From NCBI RefSeq assembly GCF_018398935.1, contig NZ_CP074694.1, positions 3,210,001-3,242,000 on the forward strand: DNA of 32,000 nt, written 5' to 3'. Position numbers and translations under genes: made by a program. Source of the DNA: Telmatocola sphagniphila (lineage in GTDB: Bacteria > Planctomycetota > Planctomycetia > Gemmatales > Gemmataceae). The notes beneath the pieces are model-generated. The model did no database searches. It saw nothing but the letters and a program-made list of their open reading frames with translations, and was not told the origin of the DNA. How positions within the stretch are numbered: position 1 is the stretch's first letter; every line of letters begins with the position of its first letter. Positions 8,539-16,064 of this stretch are shown here, piece after piece.

Positions 8539-10371
8539 ATGCGAGCCGTATTCCTGAGTTTGCTCTGTCTGCAACTGGTTTTTCCCGTGCGATTGAGGGC
8601 AGATGATGAACCCGTTGTCAACGGCCTCAAAAAATCAGAATGGATCAAACTCCTCGACGATCCCAAGCTGCGCAATCGTCGGGCCGCCGTAGTGGCTCTG
8701 GGAATCATCGGCCCGTTGCACAAAGGGGTCGTACCAGCCCTGGCTCACGCACTCCGCGATAAAGAAATGGCCGTGCGCAACGAGGCAATACAGATACTTT
8801 CTGGAATGGATCGTAAGGATCTGCACGATTTGGTCCCGGATTTTGCGGACCTTTTGAAAGACGATCCGAATACGGCAATCCGACAGCAAACCGCCAATCT
8901 TCTGGGAAGAATCGGGCCGGAAGCCAAACCGGCTCTCAACCGGTTGATTATCGCCACAAACGACAAGGAACTCTCCGTACGGATCGCCGCCACCGAAGCG
9001 ATTGGCAAAATCGGTCCCGATGCTCATGAGGCCGTCACCAATTTGCTTCCGCTCCTGAAGGACAAGGAAGCGTCTATTCGGCTCGCTGCTGTATTTTCCC
9101 TCGGCCGCATCGGTTTGGACAACGACGCACAAATCGAAACGCTCACTAAACTCCTTTCTGGGGATAGCTCAGCCGATGTTCGAAAAGAAGTCGCCCGCTC
9201 CATTGGCATGCTGGAAATTCAAGGCAAATCGGCGATTCCTTCCCTAACCAAATCCCTGAAAACCGAACAGGTGGCCGAGGTCCGCCAGCAGATCGCCCTG
9301 GCTCTGGGTAAGATCGGCCCCGATATTCTGACGCAAAAAGATGCCCTCTTAATTGCACTGAAAAGCGATTCCGACAAAACCGTGCGGCTCTTTCTGCTCC
9401 GATCCCTAAGTAGCTCGATGAGCGAAAATCTGGTGAGCATCCTCCCGGATTTAACTCAACTTCTGAAAGTGGATCCCGAAGGAGAAATCCGGCTCGCGAT
9501 CATTCAGGAAATCAGCAATATGGGGGTCGCCGCCCGGTCGGCTCTGCCCGCTCTGATTCAAGCTCAACAGGATGTGCAAATCGCCGTCCGCGATGCCGCT
9601 CGAGCCACCATAAAAAAGATTCAGGATGCGATCGCCAAGATGCCCAAAGAGAATGCAGGAACCTCCAAATCCTCCGCAGCCAAGCCCCCCGAAGATCCCA
9701 ATGCCCCCACACAGGATCTGAAAATAGGCGACGACCCGAAGAAACGCTACTTTCTGATTGGGCCCAAACCGGCCGAAAAGGATCAGAAGATGGGTCTTTT
9801 GATCGTACTTCCGGGGGGAACCGGCGATGAATCTTTCCTGCCGTTCGTGAAGTCACTCTTCAAAGATTCGCTGCCCAAGAATTTTCTGATTGCTCAACTC
9901 GTCGCTCCCAAATGGACGGAAAAACAGGAGATCGTCTGGCCGACCCGGAAGCTACCCGCTTCGGATATGAAATTCGCCACCGAGGAGTTCATTCAGGAAG
10001 TCATTACGGATGTGGAGAAGAAATTTCAGATCGATCCCGAGCGAGTGCTGACTCTTTCCTGGTCCTCTGGCGGCCCGGCGGCTTACTTCGCCTCCCTGAG
10101 TTCCAAAAAAATCAAAGGATCGCTGATCGCCATGTCGGTTTTCAAACCGGAATTGTTGCCGCAATTGTCCAACGCCAAAGGTCACCGCTATTACCTGCTG
10201 CATTCCCCCGATGACGAGACCTGCCCTTACCCGATGGCCAAGAAAGCCCAACAGGATCTCACTGCTCAAGGAGCCAAGGTCGAATTAGTGGACTACGAAG
10301 GGATGCACGGCTGGCCAAGCAACGCGCTGGAACTGATTCATGATGGCCTCAACAAGTTACTGAGTAAATAG
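8539..10371 (+). CDS. Secreted HEAT-repeat protein fused to a C-terminal alpha/beta-hydrolase (esterase-like) domain
   Basis: Signal peptide MRAVFLSLLCLQLVFPVRLRA. About 10 PBS-lyase/HEAT-like repeats are present (...VR..A..aLG.IGP.a..a.p.L...L.D...). A Pro/Lys-rich linker follows. The C-terminal domain contains LIVLPGGTGDE, a nucleophile-elbow-like LSWSSGGPAAY, HSPDDETCP and GMHGW, giving a plausible Ser/Asp/His triad. Confidence 0.75.
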   Translation: MRAVFLSLLCLQLVFPVRLRADDEPVVNGLKKSEWIKLLDDPKLRNRRAAVVALGIIGPLHKGVVPALAHALRDKEMAVRNEAIQILSGMDRKDLHDLVPDFADLLKDDPNTAIRQQTANLLGRIGPEAKPALNRLIIATNDKELSVRIAATEAIGKIGPDAHEAVTNLLPLLKDKEASIRLAAVFSLGRIGLDNDAQIETLTKLLSGDSSADVRKEVARSIGMLEIQGKSAIPSLTKSLKTEQVAEVRQQIALALGKIGPDILTQKDALLIALKSDSDKTVRLFLLRSLSSSMSENLVSILPDLTQLLKVDPEGEIRLAIIQEISNMGVAARSALPALIQAQQDVQIAVRDAARATIKKIQDAIAKMPKENAGTSKSSAAKPPEDPNAPTQDLKIGDDPKKRYFLIGPKPAEKDQKMGLLIVLPGGTGDESFLPFVKSLFKDSLPKNFLIAQLVAPKWTEKQEIVWPTRKLPASDMKFATEEFIQEVITDVEKKFQIDPERVLTLSWSSGGPAAYFASLSSKKIKGSLIAMSVFKPELLPQLSNAKGHRYYLLHSPDDETCPYPMAKKAQQDLTAQGAKVELVDYEGMHGWPSNALELIHDGLNKLLSK

Positions 10372-10573
10372 TTATCTGAACATCGGGTCTGCAAATTTCG
10401 TTTAAGCCCGGTGAATACTGGTCATTGTTATGAACATTATGAGAATTCGATCAGATTGGGGCTTTTGACGATACCCAAAGGGATTCTCCGCGGTTAATAT
10501 ACTATAGATCATTCCATACCTACCCCTTCTCCTCTGGGGTTCGATTTTTAAGTTTCGTCCGGGAGTTTTCGAG

Positions 10574-12943
10574 ATGGGCTATCGCCCTTTCGTACTGTTC
10601 CTTTTCATTGCCCTCGCCGTATTTGTTTACTCGTGGGAATCGGTCTCTGCTGAGCAAGCCAAGGATACACCTGTTTTCGATGCGGCCGCCGCAGCTTCTT
10701 TCGAAAAAGAGGTGGTGCCCTTTCTTTCCAAATACTGCCTGAAGTGCCATAACGAGACCAAAAAATCGGCGGGCCTTTCACTAGAGAAATATCGCGATGC
10801 CAAAAGTGCTTTAAAAGATCGCCGCGTCTGGCTCGATGTTGTCAGTAATATCCACTCGCGGGAAATGCCCCCCGAAGATTCCAAGGTCAAACCAACGCCC
10901 GCCGAGCGCGAAAAAATCGAAGCGCTGATCACGGAATCCCTCACCAAAGTCGATTGCGGTGTGGCCCGCGATCCCGGTCGGCCCACACTTCGCCGGCTGA
11001 ACAAAGCCGAATATGCGAATACGATTCGCGACCTCGTCGGCGTCACCTTCAATCCCTCGGAAGATTTCCCTTCGGACGATGTCGGTTACGGTTTCGACAA
11101 CATCGGCGATGTTCTCTCCATGCCTCCGATTCTGCTCGAAAAATATATGCGGGCGGCCGAAAGAATCATGGAAGAAGCCATTATTGTTCAAACCGAGGTG
11201 AAGCCGACTAAGAACTTCTTCCGAGCTCAGGCCATGCAGGGATCCGCCAAAGGTTTCAAGGATCCCGCCGCCCGGCCCGTGCGAATGCACATGACTCAGG
11301 GCGGTATGAGCTTCGTGAATTTCGAACCGGATCGTGAGGGCGAATTCACTGTTAAAGTTCAGGCTTTTGCTGAGAACAATACATCCGAAGCCGTGAAAAT
11401 GAGCTTCCAGATCGACAAAAAAGAAATCAAGGCTATCGAGATCAAAGGCGGCACCCAGCAGAAGCCGGAAATACATGAATTCAAAGCGAAAATGACAGCC
11501 GGGAAACATCAGGTCGGCTTCGCATTCACCAACCCGCCCCCGGCTAAAAATAAAGACGAAAAACGCTCCCTCTCGATCGTGTTAATGGAACTGGAAGGCC
11601 CCTTCCATCCCGCTCCGAAGCCGCCGACCGAAGCTCAAAAACGGATCATGATTACAACTCCCAAGACTAAGCAGGACGAGGAGCCGGCCGCTCGCAAAAT
11701 CCTTCAGAACTTCGCCAGCAAAGCCTATCGCCGACCCGCCACGACCGAGGAAGTCGACCGACTGATGCGCCTCTATAAAGCGATGGTTCTGGAAAAAGAA
11801 CCGTTCGAGCTATCGGTCGCTTTCGCCCTCCGGGCCGTGCTGGTTTCCCCGAATTTCCTGTTTCGAATCGAACAAAATGGCGGACTGGGTGAGACCAAAG
11901 CGGCCGTGAATATCAACGATTATGAACTGGCGACCCGGCTCTCGTACTTCCTCTGGAGTTCGATGCCCGACGATGAACTCACCCAGTTGGCCAGCAAGGG
12001 ACATTTGCGCAGAAAAGATGTTCTGGAACTGCAAGTTCGCCGAATGCTGAAGGATCCTAAAGCTTCGGCTCTCACTCAGAACTTCGCTTCGCAATGGCTG
12101 CAGCTGCGAACGCTGGATTCCCACATTCCGGACCGCAAAACCTTCCCGGAATACGACACAGAAATTAAAAATCTGATGGTCAAGGAAACTCAGAGCTACT
12201 TCGATTACATCGTGAAGGAAGATCGCAGCATTCTGGAATTCCTCGACTCGAATTACACCTTCCTCAACCAACGGCTGGCCCGCTTCTATGGCATCAACGG
12301 CGTCAATGGCAATGACTTCAAAAAATACACCTTCAACGACCCAGCCAAAGGCGGTGCTCGCGGCGGCATTCTCAGCCAGGGGAGTATCCTGACGCTGACT
12401 TCCAACCCCACGCGAACTTCGCCGGTGAAACGGGGCAAGTGGGTGCTCGAGAATATTCTCGGAACTCCACCACCCCCACCGCCACCCGATGTGCCGCCTC
12501 TGCCGGAAGGCAGTGGCGCGGAATTGACCGGTTCGCTACGCCAGCGCATGGAACAGCACCGGGTCAACGCCATTTGTGCCTCTTGCCACGCCAAAATGGA
12601 CCCCATTGGCTTCGGCATGGAAAATTACACGGCTGTAGGAACCTGGCGGGCTAATGATGGAAAATACAAGATCGACGCTTCCGGAACCTTACCCAGTGGC
12701 GATAAATTTGATGGCCCGACTCAACTGCGGAAAGTACTGATCAGCAAGGCCGATCTTTTTCGTCGAAATTTAGCTGAAAAAATGTTAACATATGCTATAG
12801 GCCGTGGTACTGAATATTATGACAAGTGTGCAATAGACGATATCGTCAAAGGCACACTTGCAGGTAATGATCAATTTTCGGCGTTAATTCTTTCGATCGT
12901 TCAAAGCGATCCCTTCCAAAAACGCCGAGTGAAAGAGGACTAA
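10574..12943 (+). CDS. Planctomycete PSCyt/PSD-family protein (DUF1587/DUF1592/DUF1595/DUF1588/DUF1585 type) with N-terminal CxxCH
   Basis: It has a signal/TM segment and the heme-binding motif CLKCHN (10736-10750). Family-typical blocks include ATRLSYFLWSSMPDDEL, NFASQWLQLR, TSPVKRGKWVLENILGTPPPPPPPDVP and CASCHAKMDPIGFGMENY. Its stop lies 1 nt before the DUF1552 start. Confidence 0.85.
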   Translation: MGYRPFVLFLFIALAVFVYSWESVSAEQAKDTPVFDAAAAASFEKEVVPFLSKYCLKCHNETKKSAGLSLEKYRDAKSALKDRRVWLDVVSNIHSREMPPEDSKVKPTPAEREKIEALITESLTKVDCGVARDPGRPTLRRLNKAEYANTIRDLVGVTFNPSEDFPSDDVGYGFDNIGDVLSMPPILLEKYMRAAERIMEEAIIVQTEVKPTKNFFRAQAMQGSAKGFKDPAARPVRMHMTQGGMSFVNFEPDREGEFTVKVQAFAENNTSEAVKMSFQIDKKEIKAIEIKGGTQQKPEIHEFKAKMTAGKHQVGFAFTNPPPAKNKDEKRSLSIVLMELEGPFHPAPKPPTEAQKRIMITTPKTKQDEEPAARKILQNFASKAYRRPATTEEVDRLMRLYKAMVLEKEPFELSVAFALRAVLVSPNFLFRIEQNGGLGETKAAVNINDYELATRLSYFLWSSMPDDELTQLASKGHLRRKDVLELQVRRMLKDPKASALTQNFASQWLQLRTLDSHIPDRKTFPEYDTEIKNLMVKETQSYFDYIVKEDRSILEFLDSNYTFLNQRLARFYGINGVNGNDFKKYTFNDPAKGGARGGILSQGSILTLTSNPTRTSPVKRGKWVLENILGTPPPPPPPDVPPLPEGSGAELTGSLRQRMEQHRVNAICASCHAKMDPIGFGMENYTAVGTWRANDGKYKIDASGTLPSGDKFDGPTQLRKVLISKADLFRRNLAEKMLTYAIGRGTEYYDKCAIDDIVKGTLAGNDQFSALILSIVQSDPFQKRRVKED

Positions 12944-12944
12944 C

Positions 12945-14312
12945 ATGAATCATATTCTAACTCGTCGAGCGGCTTTAAAGGGCCTGGGTACCATTGTAAC
13001 CCTGCCCTGGCTGGAAACTTTCTCCGCCGCCGCACCTGGTTCGGCCGCGAAATCGGCTCCGATGCGCACTGCATTCTTCTACGTGCCCAACGGCGTGCAC
13101 ATGCAGGACTGGAAACCGGCCAAAGTCGGCGCCGACTACGAACTTCCCTGGATCCTGGAACCGCTCAAAGAGTTCAAAAAAGACCTCAACGTCTACTCCG
13201 GTTTAACCTTGGATAAGGCTCGCCCCAACGGCGACGGAGCGGGCGATCATGCCCGCGCTCAGGCCGCATTCCTCACCGGCCGGCAACCCAAGAAGACCAA
13301 TGGCGCGGATATCCGCGCTGGACAATCCGCCGACCAGTGGATTGCGAACCAATTCAACGAACAGACCCGTTTTGCTTCGCTGGAACTGGGCATCGAGGGT
13401 GGCAAGTCCTCCGGCAACTGCGACTCCGGTTACAGCTGTGCCTACCAGTCGAACTTCTCCTGGCGCGGCGATTCGACCCCCAACGCCAAGGAAGTCGATC
13501 CCAAGGTCGTTTTCGAACGGCTCTTCGGCAACGGCACCAACAATGAAAAGGACGCAACCCGAGCCAAACGGGAAAAGCAAAATAAGAGCATCCTTGACTT
13601 CGTTATGGAAGACGCCAAGTCGCTCGATAATCAACTGGGCACCCACGACAAGCACAAGATGGACGAGTACCTGACGGCCGTGCGCGAACTCGAAGGCCGC
13701 ATCGAACGGGCTCGCAAGATGCGCGATCAGAAACCGGTGGCCCCGCCCGCCGGTACGGCGATTCCCACGGGAATTCCCAAGGATCTGAAAGAACATATGC
13801 GGTTGATGGGCGACCTGATGGTTCTGGCCTTCCAGACCGATATGACGCGTGTCGTGACCCTTCCACTGGCCAACGACGGAAGCAACCGCTCCCATAGCTT
13901 CCTGACGATTGATTGGGAAGGGAAACAAAAGCCGGTCAGCGAAGGTCACCATGAGATTTCGCATCACCAGGGCAACAAGGAAAACTTCGCCAAGCTGCGC
14001 GTGATCAATCGCTTCCATATCGAACAACTGGCTTACATGGTAGGCCGGCTGAAATCGATCAAAGAAGGCGAAAAATCGCTGCTGGACAACTGCATGATTG
14101 TCTATGGCTCCGGCATCGGCGACGGTAACCGCCATAATCACGACGACCTGCCGATCATCAGCATCGGTTCCTACGGCGGCAAAGTGAAAACCGGCCAGCA
14201 CCTGGAGTACGCCAAGGATACGCCGTTGATGAATCTTTACCTGGCCATGTTCGACAAGCTCGGCTGCCCGGTGAAGAGCTTCGGCGACAGCACTGGCGTG
14301 CTGAAGATCTGA
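12945..14312 (+). CDS. DUF1552 family protein with twin-arginine (Tat) signal
   Basis: N-terminus MNHILTRRAALKGLGTIVTLPW. This is the usual partner gene of DUF1592-type proteins in Planctomycetes, and the two appear translationally coupled (1-nt gap). Confidence 0.85.
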   Translation: MNHILTRRAALKGLGTIVTLPWLETFSAAAPGSAAKSAPMRTAFFYVPNGVHMQDWKPAKVGADYELPWILEPLKEFKKDLNVYSGLTLDKARPNGDGAGDHARAQAAFLTGRQPKKTNGADIRAGQSADQWIANQFNEQTRFASLELGIEGGKSSGNCDSGYSCAYQSNFSWRGDSTPNAKEVDPKVVFERLFGNGTNNEKDATRAKREKQNKSILDFVMEDAKSLDNQLGTHDKHKMDEYLTAVRELEGRIERARKMRDQKPVAPPAGTAIPTGIPKDLKEHMRLMGDLMVLAFQTDMTRVVTLPLANDGSNRSHSFLTIDWEGKQKPVSEGHHEISHHQGNKENFAKLRVINRFHIEQLAYMVGRLKSIKEGEKSLLDNCMIVYGSGIGDGNRHNHDDLPIISIGSYGGKVKTGQHLEYAKDTPLMNLYLAMFDKLGCPVKSFGDSTGVLKI

Positions 14313-14328
14313 TTTTGAAGAGGCCATT

Positions 14329-15049
14329 ATGGCTATTGAGCCCACTCCCCGGGAGGAATTCGAAAGTGTCTCGCCGGAATAGGAGCGGGACACCCGCCTC
14401 CTGCAAGTCGAGGACGATTCGACAGTGGAAAGCCTGTTTCACGAGAAGCTTTACCGGCTTCTCACAGTTCCGGTAATCAATTTCTGGAAATAACCGACAA
14501 ACAAACCATTCCGGATTTACGCCAACTTCGGCTTTTTTTTACGAGTACAAAAATCCACCTCTAGCGCCTGCTGTGATGCTGGCTCTCAATGTCGAACCGC
14601 AGCCAGGATCGATTCAGGATGCGGATAATCGCTTTTATTTTGTCTGGCGCATGGGCAAAGTTCCCGATGTTGTCCTCGAAATTGTGTCCGATCGACGAGG
14701 TAGGGAAGCCTCGGGAAAATTTGAATCCTATGCACGGATCGGTGTGCCTATCAACGTGATCTTCGCCCCACAAGAATTCTTGAAAATCGGCCTTTTGAAC
14801 GCTTATCGACTTGAAGAGGGAGAATATCTCCCGATCGATCCGGTGCATCTGGGAGATACAGGACTAGGACTGCTGTTGTGGAATGGGGAGTTTGAAAACT
14901 GCCGAGAAACCTCGATACTCTGAATTGATGCCCACAGACAACTCATCCCAACACCCATCGATTGTGAAGAACACTTGCAAGCGAAGTTGCGGGTAGAGCA
15001 GGAGAAGATCCGTCAGTTAGAGGCGCGGGTGAGGAATGAGGGGAAGTAA
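14329..15049 (+). pseudogene. Uma2 (DUF820, restriction-endonuclease-like) family gene, disrupted
   Basis: The reading can be followed through four lesions: an in-frame TAG at 14380-14382, an in-frame TAA at 14491-14493, a frame 1 to frame 2 switch at the T8 run 14533-14540, and an in-frame TGA at 14921-14923. The spliced reading contains family-like blocks: LLQVEDDSTVESLFHEKLYRLL, FRIYANFGFFYEYKNPPLAPAVMLALNVE and YFVWRMGKVPDVVLEIVSD...KFESYARIGVP. It ends in a coiled tail, QLIPTPIDCEEHLQAKLRVEQEKIRQLEARV. Confidence 0.6.
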
Positions 15050-15510
15050 GAGTCTGTGCAGTATCTGTATCTCTCCGTTCAACGCGGGCTGATTTGGGAA
15101 CGCAAATCCCTGATTTTTTCATTATGAAATCTGTTCTTAACACCCCTAACCTTCGATTGCGATAGGGACAAACGGCCCTCTCAAATATGCTTTAGGCTGA
15201 AGAATTGTCTGCCAAAGTATTCCAAATCCAAACTTACGGCGATTAGCATGTACCCAAGAATGGGTACGTATTTACTATTGTTAATTTTTTTTTATTTTTA
15301 ATTTGACTTTATTTTTGTTCAGATTACATTCAGAGAAAGTAGCCATTTCGGCTACGACGACAAACTGCCTAACGCCCAGATTTTTTGGCGATTTCTATCA
15401 GCCGAAAATTGAGTACTCGCTAGTTCCTGGGCATTTACGCATTTTCGTCAACATCTTTCATTGTATCCAGAAAGTTCTCTGGTACTCAATTGTTCGGAAA
15501 GGGACAAAGT

Positions 15511-15846
15511 ATGAAAAAGGTCATTTCAGTATGTTTGATCGCGACGGCGATGATTTCCCACAGTTTTTTGGGCATGCCTAGCAGGTATGTGGGTGCTGCA
15601 CAGCAGGTTCCCAGTCTTTGTACAGGAAATGTTGGTGGATACTCCTGTAGCGATGCAGAAGGCAATTCTTGTTTGGATTCACGTCAATACATCGCAAATA
15701 CACGAGTGCGAGGAGTACTAGAAGAAAAAGATGCGGAGAACCATGTCATAATTTACAATTGCAGTAATGTGTCCGGGAAACGGGATTGTCTGGGTGCTTG
15801 GACAAAACCGTCTACGGGTACGTGCGATGCAGTTATAGTAGATTGA
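15511..15846 (+). CDS. Small secreted cysteine-rich protein (111 aa; 6 Cys after the signal peptide)
   Basis: The ATG at 15511 is preceded by GGAAAGGGAcaaagt. The N-terminus MKKVISVCLIATAMISHSFLG is signal-like. The mature part has Cys in SLC, YSC, NSC, YNC, RDC and GTC contexts. I recognise no family. Confidence 0.55.
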   Translation: MKKVISVCLIATAMISHSFLGMPSRYVGAAQQVPSLCTGNVGGYSCSDAEGNSCLDSRQYIANTRVRGVLEEKDAENHVIIYNCSNVSGKRDCLGAWTKPSTGTCDAVIVD

Positions 15847-15875
15847 ATGATTGACATTTTGAGTAGCTTTTTGAG

Positions 15876-15910
15876 CGCTATCCATTTATAGATTTGTCGG
15901 GCGGATAGCG
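15876..15910 (+). terminator. Hairpin downstream of the small Cys-rich gene
   Basis: CGCTATCC (15876-15883) pairs with GGATAGCG (15903-15910), with a 19-nt loop. It is followed by AATTCTTTATT. A second hairpin pairs AAACCCTCG (15957-15965) with CGAGGGTTT (15991-15999). Both have long loops, so the call is weak. Confidence 0.25.
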
Positions 15911-16064
15911 AATTCTTTATTCAAGATGACTTAAGATTAAATTAAAAGATCCTAACAAACCCTCGGTATTAGCAGTTTTCACTGGACAAACGAGGGTTTT
16001 GTCAGGACCTCTAAGTGCGAATAGGACTCTTTAAACAATAGCCCCATAGCCAAGGCTTCACAAA

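Noticed and set aside
10811-11509. 232-aa antisense ORF and several nested ORFs inside the DUF1592-type gene
   Set aside because: They are shadow ORFs. The sense frame carries the conserved family blocks.
12466-12492. Poly-proline-coding run (PPPPPPPPDVPP) as a slippage-prone or repeat element
   Set aside because: It is part of a conserved block of this protein family (ILGTPPP.PP.VP.L, from memory). The codons are mixed (cca/ccc/ccg), so it is not a nucleotide homopolymer.
13203-14393. 396-aa ORF antisense to the DUF1552 gene
   Set aside because: It lies entirely opposite a well-supported gene. Its composition is low-complexity and rich in Arg, Gly, Val and Ala. This is typical of stop-free antisense frames in GC-rich coding DNA, and it has no recognisable motifs.
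14533-14540. T8 homopolymer as a phase-variation switch for the Uma2 gene
   Set aside because: The gene also carries three independent in-frame stops, so restoring the frame at the T-run would not rescue it. Decay is the simpler reading.
15303-15581. 92-aa ORF (non-ATG start) overlapping the start of the mini-protein gene
   Set aside because: It begins in the poly-T tract and has no signal or motif. It overlaps the better-supported frame, which has a purine-rich RBS-like sequence and a signal peptide.
15634-15639. Calling the mini-protein a canonical double-glycine-leader bacteriocin
   Set aside because: A GG is present, but the preceding sequence is a Sec-like signal and lacks the LS..EL..I.GG leader consensus. 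I keep it only as a hypothesis within a finding, not as a feature call.
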